From positions 47,802,001 through 47,866,000 of the forward strand of contig NC_088796.1 in assembly GCF_011386835.1 (NCBI RefSeq): DNA of 64,000 nt. The letters run 5' to 3'. The notes under the pieces are model-generated. The model had not been told where the DNA came from, searched no databases, and saw nothing but the letters and a program-made list of their open reading frames with translations. Shown piece after piece: positions 39,179-52,251 of this stretch. The position numbers were made by a program, and so were the translations under genes. The first letter of the stretch is position 1, and each line of letters opens with the position of its first letter. This stretch comes from Chrysemys picta bellii (taxonomy: Eukaryota).

Positions 39179-39580
39179 CAGTGGTTCTCAAACTGTGGGT
39201 CGGGACCCCAAAGTGGGTTGTGACCCCATTTTAATGGGGTCGCCATGGCTGGTGTTAGACTTGCTGGGGCCTGGGGCTGAAGCCAAAGACTGAGTCTCAC
39301 CGCCCCGGGCTAAAGCCCAAGGCTTCAGCCCTGGGGAAGGGGGGCTGTTACCTGAGGCCCAAGGGCTTCACCCCTGAGTGGCAGGGCTCAGGCTTCAGCT
39401 TCAGCCCTGGGCCTCAGGTAACAGCCCCCTTCCCCAGGGCTGAAGCCTTCAGGGTTCGGTTTTGGCCCCCAGGGCAGCGGGTCTCGGGTGGGCTCAGGTT
39501 TCGGTCCCCCCTCCTAGGGTCTTGTAGTAATTTTTGTTGTCAGAAGGGAGTCATGGCACAATGGAGTTTGAGAACCCCTG
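39179..39580. mobile_element. hAT MITE
   Basis: TIRs CAGTGGTTCTCAAACT / AGTTTGAGAACCCCTG; perfect TSD GGCTAAAG (39171-39178, 39581-39588); internal ggctgaagccc repeats. Confidence 0.93.
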
Positions 39581-40009
39581 GGCTAAAGTCATTGGGTCAG
39601 ATCCTGGATCCAGCCTTTTAGTGCCTAACGCAATCTGAGGAATGGGAGGGGTGTGGAAAGATAAATTTATGTAATCTTTTGCTTTTACCTGATCCTGGTG
39701 GCACCATGCACTGGGCCAATCCCCAGCTTAATGTAAAGGAGTTTTAAGGTGCTGTTGACACCTCAGCTACATCCCCAGTGAATGTATGGCTTAGGAGCCT
39801 AAAACTGTATGCTAATGGAGGTCTCTCTACACTGGGGGAAATCCTTTAAAGTGGGTTTAAGGCTGTTTTGTACCACAAGAACAGCATATAGCAGCCTTAG
39901 TGGGGCTGAGGATCTGCCCATCAGCTGCAATTCAAGACACCAATGCCAAAACCGGGTGAAGTACAGTCCCCAAACTCATCTTAGGTGCCCATAGAGCTAC
40001 GTTGGAAAT

Positions 40010-40156
40010 GTGTCCCAGTGGTTAGGCAGCTAGACTGGGACTTGGGTGACCTTGGTTCAATTCCCCATGGTGCTCTAGGTTTCCTGTATGACCTTGGGCA
40101 AGTCACATAGGCCCAGATCCTCAAAGGTATTTAGGTGCCTAAATATCTTTGAGGCT
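40010..40156 (+). mobile_element. MIR/CORE-like SINE 5' half followed by a short palindromic insert
   Basis: tRNA-like head (ccagtggttagg...ggttcaattccc) and atgaccttgggcaagtcac, then ggcccagatc-ctcaaaggtatttagg/cctaaatatctttgag hairpin. Confidence 0.6.
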
Positions 40157-40324
40157 GTGTCAGAGATACTATGGTAAATATAAATTTGTCTGTGATAGAT
40201 GGAGAACTGTGTTTTGAGGAAGTATTATTAATTCTACTTTGTCTTGACCATGGCATTCAAAGTCTGTTCTAGCAATGCCTAATGTCATGATTATTTTAAC
40301 TATCACAGTCTTTCACAAATAGGT

Positions 40325-40507
40325 TAAAAGATTTTAAGGCTAGAAGGGGTCAATACGGTCATCTAGTCTGACCTCCTGCTTAACATAGACCACAGAATTT
40401 CACCACGTTATTCCTGCATCAAACCTATAACTCCCGGTTGAACTAGAGCATTTCTTTCAGAAAGACGGCCAATCTTGATTTAAAGACTTCAAGTGAAAAA
40501 GAATCCA
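40325..40507 (-). mobile_element. Older CR1 3' fragment
   Basis: Antisense CR1-tail pattern agattttaaggctagaaggg...gtcatctagtctgacctcctg...agaatttcacc...aatcttgatttaaagacttcaagtga..gaatcca. Confidence 0.7.
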
Positions 40508-41254
40508 AGTGACAGAATCAAATATTTAGAACCATGAAAAATATCTAATAACAACTGTGTGTGGTATAACTGAATAGAGTCACTCCTAATTGGGAATCAG
40601 CTCACAGTGTTGTTCTACCACAGATTGCTTTGAAACTTCAAATTATGAGATTATCCACAGATTTACTAGGGATCCTTCTAGCCAGTCTGAACCATAGCTC
40701 AGCTAGGTCTTTTATAATTAACCTTTGTCCTGCTGACTGTATAATTAAGCAGACATCTGCTTTAACTTCTCTTTTAAGTTAACTGTGGTCTTCTGCTTAT
40801 TCATAAGGGGTCCAACAGAGTAAAAAAACCAACCCATGCTGGTAATGGAAAATCAGAGGGCTGAGTGAATACACAATGAAGTCAACATTTTCCCCTCCTT
40901 TACCCAGCCTAAAAGGTCAAAGAAATTATCTGTGAAATGATCTTACTATTGAACATGCCGCTGAAATCTTTCTGTGGATAGAATTCAGTCATTTGTAAAG
41001 AGGAGTATGAAAGGTCCTCTGGAGACCACATCTGATTAAATATGAAGGTAAGATGTAAGCACAGGGTGTTTTTAAATTGAACATACGTTTTCAGTAAAGT
41101 ATGGTCCTGGGAGCCAAAGTTTCCTATGTGCTTTGTCTTGACATAATGCTTCAGTGTTTGTTGTAGAATGGTTTGGGTTGATGTTGAAGATTATAAACAG
41201 ATAGAAATACCCACAGGTAAGTGAAGTAATTGCAATCCAATAAAGTGCTCAAAG

Positions 41255-41675
41255 GCAGCATTGTTTAATAGCTAGAGTAGGGGAGAGGGACTCGGCAGAG
41301 AGGTTCTGCTCACCAGCTTTACCAGGTATTGTAAAATCTTGGCCAGGTTACTTAGGTCCACATTTTAAAAAAGGACCTCTAAGTTTGGGTGCTTCAGTTT
41401 TTGCATGCCCAATTTCAGCACTTGAATTTCACAGGCACTGGACTTCAACTCCAGTTGAAGTTGAAGGGGAGCTGCAGGTGATCAGTACCTCTTAAAAATC
41501 AGGCATGATGTGTCTCCCATTGGGCATCCAAAAACAAAAGCACCCACAATGAGAGACCACGTCCCAAAAATTAAGCCTTAACTTCTCTTGCCTCATTTTT
41601 GCCATTCATAAAAGGGGATGCTACTTCTTTCCCACCTTTGAAAGCCTCTGATGGAAGGTGCTATATAAATGCATA
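41255..41675 (+). mobile_element. MIR/CORE-like SINE with a TTA-flanked Harbinger-like palindromic insertion; includes the right arm (41292-41625) of the inverted duplication
   Basis: Head ggcagcattgtttaatagctagag; then ttggccaggttacTTA|ggtcc...aagcc|TTAacttctcttgcctcattttt..; tail ggaaggtgctatataaatgc. Confidence 0.7.
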
Positions 41676-43659
41676 GTATTGCGGTTTTCTAAACAGAGCA
41701 CACAGTAGACTTCAAAGGAGCTGGAATTAGCAGAATATAATGGATTATCTGCACTGTGGAAAGCTGCTCAGAAGAAAACACATCTGAACAATGGAGAATA
41801 TTCCAAGGCATTCAGAAATGCTTCTCATGGAGAACAGGGGAACCGAGAGTTTGCCCGGCTGAGAATTACATGAGGGCATGGCAAGCTGGGCCTAACAAAA
41901 GCTGCCCAGGGCCAAGGAGCTGGGATTGTGGAAAGGTTCATGAGGGATGGGAGCTGAGCCTCCAGAAAGCTGCAAAAGGTGCCAATGAGCTGAGACAGGA
42001 GAGAACAGGGCCAGGGATAGCAAGATGGGCTCTCAGAGAGAGGTGCCAGGGACGGCAGGCTTGGGCTAGTGACTTGCTGCAGCCACTTCCAGTTTTATTC
42101 TCTTCTAGCAAACATTTGTCCTTTTTGCTGCAAGCCATGAGTTTTTGGTGATAATCCCTAAAATGGATAAGAATGGGTCAACTGCCTCATGTATTTTTTC
42201 ATCATTCACTGGATATCTGTCTGGTGGAAGGAAATTCAGATAACATTTATTCTCCTTCTAGTCAGTGCCTTTCTCAGTTCAATTAAGGGCTGTGTGCCCT
42301 CAATCAACCTTTGGTAATTTTGACCTTTTCTAAAGCACATTGTCTCTGAGATTGGCAGCTAGCCCAGGGCAAGAACTCTTCCAATGAAGCCAGACGGACA
42401 CCTAGCCAAAAAGGCACAATAAAGAGCTCAATAGCCAATCAGTGTGACAGCCATCAAACCCAAACATTAAAGGCATCTTGCAGGGGAGATAATTAATTTT
42501 TCAACATCGTTTTGGAACTATTATTTCAGTGCCATTAAGGAACTAAATTGTTATTGAGACATAAGGCTTTTGGTTAAACTAATTGTATTGGTAGCATTCA
42601 AGTTTGCTCTTCTTCCTAAATCAAAAAAGAGCCTAAAAGAGATGGGGTTTTTATAAAAGAAATAATGTACACTGTCATATAGCCAGCAATTTAAATACTC
42701 AAAACCATTCAGAAGCTTGCCAGTAGTGCTGGGGGCCCGCCATGATGATCTCTTAGCAGCAGCATCAAGATCATCATGGTTTAATTTATGGTTACATACA
42801 TATTCCTGAAAGTTAAATTTAGAACAATTTGCTCAAGACAAGAAGGATAGTGTTATCACACATGCTAGAAATGAGTATACTCATCTGACTACATTATGAC
42901 AGAAAATAATGTGCTGTAGTATAAGAAGTATTATGAATGTATATATTTTTGTCTATTTTAGGGGGGGTGTCCATGTATGTTCTCACACATGTGAGCTCAG
43001 ACACACACATATATTAGTTTTGTGTAGTATTACGCCCCATCCCTTTTTTCTGTAACTCTTTTCCCCATAAAGTCAGACCTTCCTGAACTATAACCCTGGA
43101 TCTACACTATCCTGAATGCATTTAATTTTGGGGAACTCCAAATGTGGTTCTGAACTTCTTAGCTGTCGACTTTGTTGATAATGAGCTAAAACAAAACTCC
43201 AGATTCAAAATATTTCTTCTCTTCCCATTCTGCTCCCCCAAAATAATATCCCTGGGGAATTTCTGACCCACCACCAGATTTTGTGGCTTCCGTTATCTCT
43301 ATCTTGTGGCTCTCATTCAGATGCAGCTCAAAATGGAGGAGAGTTCCATTATTCAAGATGGCAGAGTTATTGCAAGATCAATTATTCTCATGGGATTTCT
43401 GCTATTTTGGGATGAAATCTGACAAGCATGAGATTTTGGCACACCTGAATCCTAGTCCCAGTTTGGTCTCAGACCTGAACTCTAGCCTGTACCTAATCCA
43501 GATCCTTATCCAGACTTTGCCATATACTGTTTGAGGAGCAGACATGTTTGTAGAAGGGAACTTAACTCTGACAACAGCCACATTTTATAAGATTACTCCA
43601 TCCTGTCTTGTGTAGCCTTGCTGCGATGACCCCCAACATGTGAGCCTCTCTCCCTCCAG

Positions 43660-43866
43660 TATCAGGGGGTAGCCCTGTTAGTCTGTATCTACAAAAACAA
43701 CAAGGAGTCTGGTGGCACCTTAAAGACTAACAGATTTATTTGGGCATAAGCTTTCATGGGTAAAAACCTCACTTCTTCAGATGCATAGAGTGAAAGTTAC
43801 AGATGCAGGCATTATATACTGACACATGGAGAGCAGGGAGTTACTTCGCAAGTGGAGAACCAGTGT
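43660..43866 (-). mobile_element. Short PLE insertion (family A terminal repeat only) with hammerhead core at 43744-43784
   Basis: Only a handful of substitutions relative to 33367-33538 over about 170 nt; complete terminus tatcagggggtagcc; 13-bp TSD TCTCTCCCTCCAG (43647-43659, 43867-43879). Confidence 0.92.
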
Positions 43867-45079
43867 TCTCTCCCTCCAGACATTTACCTCAGCCATTTTC
43901 AAAAATCATCTGAAATCTCTCATTCCAGGTTGTACATTAATGTTAGCCCTTCCGTAGGACTCCCTATTTTAATGATTGTCACAATTCATTTTATTTCATT
44001 TGATTTTGGGTGGAAGAGTTCATTTTGCATTGATGATGATTTTGTATCGTATTTGATTAGTATTCGTAATTCTTTTACTTGTCAACTGCTGAGGGAAGTG
44101 GCACAATATCTGATGTAGGAGCCAAAGTTTGTATATCAGAAAAATAAAGTTGTGATCTCTGGTATACAAACAAGAAACCTACATGAGTAGAAGAAACGAG
44201 GCATTCTATGCTGTTGGGGGAAATTTTACAGAAAAATTAAGCTATATGTATGTTTTGCAGGATTATAATGGTCTTTGTCAAAACCATTTTACTGGTGCAT
44301 CTATAGATAGATAGCTTGTATATATGTCTGAGTCCCTGGAAATATTCATGTTAATTTTATAAGAAATGAAATCTACACAGTACTGTCTGTACTGTTTCTA
44401 TTATTCATCTGCCATAAATCTTTAATGCAGCCGTTCTACAAAGAAAGAACTTCTATCCTGTCACATATATAGCCACATAAAACTACACATAAAAGCTGCC
44501 AGAAAATTCAAACGGCTTCAAGTGTGTGAGCCAGCAGAGCTGCTGACACTGAACTCATCTGGAGCAGGATTTTGTTTAATGTGTGTGAGATGAGCCTGGG
44601 GCTGGAGGTGACTGTGTCAAACAGAATGAAAGAGAAAGGAAAGGAGAGAGAGGATGAATTGAGCACCAAAACGTGCCTTTTCAGTTGGAGATTGGTGGGT
44701 ATTAAAATGCCCAGCACAGCCTGCTGCCTGCATGTACCTCCTGCATCTGTGCAAAATCACAGCTTGGCCATGGGCACAATGCCAGCCACAAATATAGTAG
44801 CTGGGACTTGCAGGGTAGGAGCAGCATTTCCTGATTCCCTGTGGACAGTCCATGCCTAGGACAGAGATAAATTCTGCTTCTATCCCACATGTGCCTGCTA
44901 CTTTTCAGAGAATGACATTGTAATTTTATTCCCATCTCACACTTCCTCTGCTTGACACATGGTGTCCCTTCCGCTCACATTGCTCATCACCAGCATGAGC
45001 CCCTCCGGCTGCCTCTGAGTTGTTTTCAAAAAGGTCTAGTATTTTTTATCTGTATCATGTATTCTTCCTTACCTCATTT

Positions 45080-45083
<4 letters not shown>

Positions 45084-45110
<27 letters not shown>
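45084..45110. repeat. (TC)n microsatellite
   Basis: Uninterrupted tc run. Confidence 0.95.
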
Positions 45111-48100
45111 TTACATCTTGCACTGGTCGCCATTTAAGGTGAGCTCTCACAGTCGTGCAATAAGATAAAATGTGACCCATCCTGTAGTAACAGGAATGGG
45201 TTGGACAGAAAGCAATAACAGATAAATAACATAGCAGAATGGAAATCAAACGCCTCCTTGAGGGATGTAATTCAATGTATTGGGGAAACCAAGATTATTG
45301 GTACCTCCTCTTGTTCTCAAATACTCTGCTTCTTGGGAAATTGTAATTTGCAAAATATTCAAAACAAAAATCCAGCTCACTGAAAATCTCCCAAAGATCA
45401 AATGTTCATTCCTTTAAATGTTTTCAATAATCAGGCCAAAGTATAGTACTTCATTCCCCATAGCTCTTGAGTCCCAGAGTCATGTTCCTATGTGTCACTA
45501 TTATTTATGAGTAGTAAGATATTCACTGCTCAAACAATAGAAGTGATTTTGTTTTGTGAAACAAGTAACAACTTTTCACCCCCCAAAAATCCCAATTTTG
45601 ATTATGGACTGGTTTGTTTTCTCTTACCAGTTTCTCCCACCGCTAATATCTAGTTATGTTGTTTCTTGAGTTACAGTGCCCACCTGAAGAATTAACCAAT
45701 ATAAATAAATAAGAGTTTAGAATCAGATTGTGACTGGCCCCTATATGAGTATGCAAACAGCTTCCCCCCGCCTTGTGTTTCCTGCACAGGATCTGGCAAT
45801 AATAGCCATCCTTGATCTCCCCTGAGCTCAGTTGCTGCTAACATCTCTGGTCGTGCAAGTCTACACCCAAAGGGGCAGGGAGGAGAAGAGACCATGAGCC
45901 CACCCAGCTTCGCCATCAACCAGCAAAGTTGGCTAGCTACTGTACGCTGAATGCACTGCCTCAATGTATTGGAGTGGACATGCTCTTCCTGAATTCCTGG
46001 GAATTCTGAAGAAGCATTGTGCTTCTGTGTTCGAATGCCTGCACAGAACTCTTACAGGTCAGTGTGGTTTGGCACCCACTCCCAATATGTGCCAGTCCCT
46101 TAAAGGCACAATTGAGCCTATTGAAATTGATGAGCTCTGCTGAATGTGGTATTGTAAATTGCTCAAATACTAGCATAGCTACCCAAAATGATACTTGTTT
46201 TCCCAGCATATGACATGTATGGAGATCACTGGAACACTGAAGCCATAAGTTAAAATAGGGGCATTATTATAAATCTAAGGAAAATTCCCTTTGATTGATA
46301 TAGTGCACGACCTTCCGCTTCTAATAAACTAGGAGGAATTGACAGCTAACCTTTCATGCGTTCATAGTGCTCAGCTCACACATATAATTGTATGGTATTG
46401 GCAGAATGTTGCCCTTGACTACGCTGAAGCCAATGGGCTTGCACTGGTGTAGCTGAGAACAGAATGTGACCCTTAATAATTTGTCTTTTTAGTGCAAAGT
46501 GCAGTTCCTGATGCTCTCTGCTGTTTGCTCAGCTGGGGCCTGAGCCAGCTCCCACTGAAATCAAATGGGAGTCTTTCCATTGGCCTCAGGGGAGTTGGAA
46601 CAGACCCACAGTGACACTGATGAATCTATTTGTATCTGAATTTTCAATCTCCTTCACCCCAGCTGCCTCTATCCACCCCAAAACCTCCTCTTCTCAGTTC
46701 TAACCTCCCCCCTGGTGCAATCAGTAGTTGACTGACAACCCCCACTATTCTCAGTTTGGATGCGCTGGTGACAGCCTTCATTCCCATCTTCCCCCAGTGA
46801 TTCTCTTTCCCAGGCTCTTCAAAAGTAGAATAATACTTACTTTGCAATTTGGCTTGGATATGTCTTTTAATTAAAGCTTCCTGTTCAGATGAGCTAATCT
46901 CACAATTTCTGCACACTGCAGATTAGGTTACTGTTCATTTCCACAGCTCTCTGGTGAGACAGGTTCATTCTACATTTCAGTGATATTGCTTTTGTGGCTA
47001 CTTCCCTTTCCTCTGCTACAGGAGGACTTCAGATAATTCTAACTTCGCAAATCCCTTTCATAATGATCTCAGGGATTTACAAACTGTCCCTGAAAAAAAT
47101 AAACTGCTCCTATCCCTCAGTCGATTTCCCAAAGGTTATGAATTGCTAAAGTCTATTTTTATAGTATGTTTGTGTAGGAATATAGAAGTTGAAATGATAT
47201 GTAGTTATAGATCACCATTACTCCTGCACCTTTGTAGTATTTACCAACATATCCACCTGGAAAGAGGAATAAGAGAATTGATTTCTTTATTACATTATTC
47301 CTTGCAGCTTGCAAAATCGTGTCAATATCCAGAATCATTATTTGGGATAAGGGGATGTTGAGTCTGAGGGCCAGTTACCCAGCTGATATAACAGTTTAAG
47401 TCCTAGTTCTAATGACTTGAATAGTTTACATTGATTTTACACCAGCTAAGACGCTGGTCCATAATTTGCATTCTTTTTTGTTGTCTTTAGGGTTGTGTGG
47501 AAAAAAACCTCTCACTATTGGCAAAACCAGCAGAAATATTGATAGTTCACAAGATTCACTGCTGGACTAAACAACAGTAACAATAGATCAAAACCATACA
47601 TTACTCAGCAGTAATGTCTGTTCCATAGTTAAGGTTGATACTTGGTTCCAATTTGCCATCTGTTCCTAGACAAGAAAGGTTCATTCTGCTTCATAGACAA
47701 CAGATAGATATTAATCATCACTTGTAAATTCCTTTGTGGTTTTTTTGGTTTTGCTACGTCTTATTTATTTATTTATTTTGAATGATTTGTCCTAAAAACT
47801 TGACATGAAGTTTGTTCTAAATATAGTGGCGAGGTCTGGTGCATGGGGCCATTTCTAAAATGGGGAAAGGCATAAATGGAAAGCTATTCAGCTGCAAATC
47901 AAAGACATTGGAATGATCCATCAGGTTCCTAAGGAACACAGGGGGCTCTACAGGGCATTGGAAGGTTGTCTAGAAGTCTGACTAACTTTAAATGTCTGTT
48001 CCTCACAGCTCAGAGTGTTTGTGGAACTCATAAACTCTTCAAGGCTAATGAATTCTGCAGCCCTTCTTGAGTAATCCTCTCCTGCCCCCTTAAATCCTGT

Positions 48101-50884
48101 GCCCTGTCCCAGCTGTGCTTTCATGGGGAACTTTTATGGCCAGATCCTCTGTTGGTGTAAACTGGAGCAGTTCCATTGACTAAGAGGGACTACATGGGCA
48201 GCAGGTCTTCTGAGTCAATGGAGCTACATGGAGAGTTTTTAAAGTCATCATCAGCCATATGTTTAACTAAGGTCCACAGCAAGTCATGCAGAATTTAGAA
48301 GGTCTGCAGGAAGGCCAAGCCGGGATGGGGACAGGTTCCAAGGTGTGGAATATGTGGAAGCGGGCTTAACAGTAGAGCGGACTCCGGGAGGCTCGCTGGG
48401 GAGTGAGGAACCGTGTGGAGCTTAAGAGTGTTTGGTTCCATAATAATGGGACTAGTTCACTCAGTGCCCCAGGACCTTGCTCAGAAGTCACCGGTCCCAG
48501 TTAGGAACCATAGCCAGCAATCAGTTACTAGCTCTGTGATTAAGCAGATCAACAGTTGTGAACCATGACTGGCCAGTGTCCACAGCACTTGACCCCTAAA
48601 GGGACTGCTGTTACTGTACTTCCAGGGGAAATTCTCTTCTACTTTGATGCATCTATGGTACTCTCACCTTTGCCCACCTGGAATAAGAACATACCTTAGG
48701 TCAGTTTCAGGCTGTTTTTCCCTCTGTGTGCTAGGTGGATTGAAGTATATTTTTCCCAGGACATAATGCTATTTGTTTGCTGTCTGTTGATACGTTCATC
48801 ACTCCTCCTCCTCCATTGCCTTGTCACAGCAAGTGTTTGCTGTATTTACTTATAGTTGGAACAGCAATCCTTGCTGCTAAAGGGGAATTCAGAAGATTAT
48901 CTGGGTTGTATAGCTGTTCTCCCCACATATGCTAGGGAAGGCTTTGGGGAGCAGCATTGGTAGGATAAGATGCAACTGTTTTCAGTGGATGAAGGGATTG
49001 CATCTGCCTGGTGACCAGTTTCTCATGACAATGGGCTACCTGGGGCTTTGGTTGTTCCTTCACCTGTGGGGATATAGGGTCTGGTACTGTGCTGCCTCAG
49101 TGGGTTATTGATTTAGAATGCCATGACTTTTTGTCGGCTTGGTTCTGTGAGGTATTATTGTTAAAGTAGCAGTCTTTATTTACTGCCAGGATTCATCCCT
49201 AGCTGCAGCCACTCCTCTTGACAGTTCTTATTTATGGGCTGAGGTGCTGTTGAAACAATAAACATAGGAAGCTTTGTTTGTGTGAAGTGAAAATGAGGTG
49301 GCAGCTTTTCCAGTCTGATTTCAGCCATTTTCTTCCTGTCAAGGTGCAAATGCCAGCTGAGGCCTGACACCTTGTTTTATTGTGTGAAGAAAGGACAGAG
49401 ATTTCTCAATTAGATTTAAATTAACTGCTGCTTGCCATTATATGTTCCCCAAGGATCAATGAGAGGGGGGCACTTGAAAAGGCTGTTTTGCAGGCTGCCT
49501 GCATGTTCACTATCAGGGTATCAAAAAATCTGTGACTGACGGTTTTTATCCCCAAATTTAGTGCTTTAATTAGGAACCTTCTGCATGTCCAGTCTTCACA
49601 AACACCATCTGGCACGCAGTGGAAAACATGCTCCATTTTCTTTAGAAAGAAATCACAGAAAAGTGGAGGTTTTCAAATGTCATTTGCTTGTGTTCAGGGA
49701 TTTGGCTGGAAGGGGGTGAGGGAGGGAAAATAAAACTTCTGAACCATTTCAAAGTGGCAAGCGTACAAAGGGGAAAATGGAATCTGCATCCAGGCTTGGC
49801 TTTGGAGTTAGAATATTTATGATTATGATGTACTAATGCAAGCATTTTCATTGTCGACATATGTATGTGGATTATACTCCATGGCCCATTTTACCACTTC
49901 TATGGCCAGAGCAGGAGGGTTCTTTTTATATATGAGTTTGCTTTTTAATGAATCTATTCATCATCACTGAAGACATTTTGTTTCTTCAGGAGACACAGCC
50001 CCCCTAAAGGATTTTATTGCAGGCCAGAGATCTTGGTTTAAAAGTAAATCCTTGAATTTACTTGGATGCAGTTGTATAATATTATGCATTCACAAATGAC
50101 TGAATCTGTTCTTTAATGTCAATTCCCTGTTCTTCCCCCATAAATTATTGGGGGGGGGAATCTACCATCTTAATAGCTCATAATTCTAAACACTCTGCTG
50201 TAGCTACTGAGGGACAACTTTAATTAATAAAATTGGGAGTCAAGAACCGACTCTGGATGGACTGAAATCTTTAAAGTCTATTAGAGAGTGATCCCTTTTG
50301 GTCTTACTGCAATAGTTGTCAGGGAGAGCAATGAAATTATCTTCACCATATCTTGCTAGCCTTCAAGAGTGCAAAACATATGAACTATGATTTGTATTTG
50401 TAATGCCTCCTTCCTTAACACTCTGTCATTGGGATTAAGGAAAAGCACTGCAGCTAGAAAACAGTCTGAGCAAAAGAGTTTGCTGTCAGGAGGCTGACCA
50501 GATTTATTCATGGCAAGTTCACAGATACAAACCAGCACAATGAAAAGGCCCCATCAACAAATCTTTCTGTAGTGCTGCAAGCTGTGTATGAAGAGAATTC
50601 AAAGATTTAAAAAGTCAGTCACCCTTCAAACAGGAGTACAAACCTAACCCTCTTGGAAATGAAAGAAAATACAAAAGGAAAAGGTACAGTTGTGAAACTT
50701 TATCTGTACTGATGAAGGTTTTAAGAGAGGGGTAACAGGACAGATCCTTTTAAAAAGGAAAATCCCAATAATGAAGAACAATAATAAGACCATGGACGTG
50801 GATGGAAGACTTCCAGTGAAGATTCAAGATTCTTGCTGCAGGAAGTCGTTTTCATAACTCGGTAGATGGTGCCCTTCTCTTGAA

Positions 50885-51098
50885 ATTTATGTTGAACAAA
50901 AATACCAGCATGGGGCTGACAGGGGGCTGTGCTGGAGGTGTCATCTTTCATATGAAGTAACATTAAAGCCCGGATCCCTTATAGTAATTAACTATGGTAC
51001 TTTCAATGAGAATATGAGTACGCAGGCTAAATTTGAATTGGGGGTCAAATTCTCTCTACCAGAATTTTCTCCTTAGTTTCAATGGAATCCAGCATCAT

Positions 51099-51130
<32 letters not shown>

Positions 51131-51250
51131 TTAAAACCGGTGTAGTGTTGCTGTGCACTACATGCCAAATTTCACCCCAGACAGAGCTGGCTACATTTCA
51201 GTGGTGAAGTGAATCATATACAATTAAGTGCTGTAGGATCATAGGCATTA
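50885..51250 (+). mobile_element. Old SINE relic, HE1/V-SINE-like, containing a (TTTC)n run (~51098-51127)
   Basis: ggctgtgctggaggtgtcatctttcatatgaag...attaaa...tagtttcaatgga...tgtagtgttgctgtgc...ccaccccaga-like block and ggctacatttcagtggtgaagtga; related to 5020-5212. Confidence 0.5.
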
Positions 51251-52251
51251 TGTATATTTAAAATATTATAAAGGTTTGGTTTGGTTTGTCATTTTGGATG
51301 CAAATTCAGGTCAGTGCTTATTTTATGGGAACCACTTGCCCCAACCCTTAAAGTTAAAGTCCTAAATTAAGTTGATCAGAAATAGAAATGCCAATTAGTC
51401 TATAAATTTGGGAAAGTGAAATATCTCTAGCTATTAGTCCTCTGTGAATCTAGACCTAGGTCCCCAAAGATCATCTTCCATGCCCGACTTGGCACACAGA
51501 GTAATACATCTTTTTCAAAAGTACTCTGTTCCCAGCAGCTCCCATTCATAACAATAGGAGCTGTTGAGGGCTGAGCTCTTAAGGAAGTCTGGCCCTAATT
51601 GTGGGCATTGAACACTTTTGAAAATCTACCCGCCCGCACCCATAGTAAACTCTCAAGCTTTTGAAGTCACTGGACACAATTATAGGTCAAAGTCTTTCTT
51701 TGTGACCAATTCTGACACTGGGGTTTAAATAACATTTTGCCTAGAGGCATTAACAAGGGCACATGCCCTTCCCTTGAGCTGAGCTGAGAGAACCTTGATT
51801 AGCTCGTAACTGTTGTTTTGTTAATCTAATGAATGGCTTTTTAGGAAACAACAGAGTAAATGCTTATTAATCATGAAGGCTTCATCCATTATAAAGCTCC
51901 AGCCTCCAAAAGGTCAGAAAATGACAGAATGGAGAAGGAAAACTTGCTTTAAACATACCCATCTGTCTTAGTTATTTACCATGTCAAATACAATTGACAG
52001 GAAGGGTTTTTATTTTGTCTGATCCTTAGAGAAGGTAAAGGCATGTTTCTCAGACACCTCTGGCAGAACCCTCAATAAAATCCTGGAGATGTCAAAATGT
52101 CTGTTGAAATGAATGGAAATAGTTTAATATTTTCACCAGTGAGAAAATAACACCTGCCCATTGTACTCAGCTAGAAAAACACTGAGTCTCACAAATGAAT
52201 TGTTCCAGTTGAGAAGTGTGCAGAGACTAGGCATACAGTCAATGCCCCTTA

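Noticed and set aside
42740-42810. 12-bp hairpin containing ATGATGA (box C-like) with a downstream CTGA
   Set aside because: No terminal stem closes boxes C and D, and box C is buried in a stem; not supportable as a snoRNA.
47021-47133. Exon-like unit (good acceptor, two open frames)
   Set aside because: The donor (AAG|GTTATG) is weak and neither peptide is recognisable. The candidates at 11578-11615, 24340-24415 (minus), 25461-25524 and 53566-53637 were dropped for similar reasons; chance occurrence is expected at this scale.
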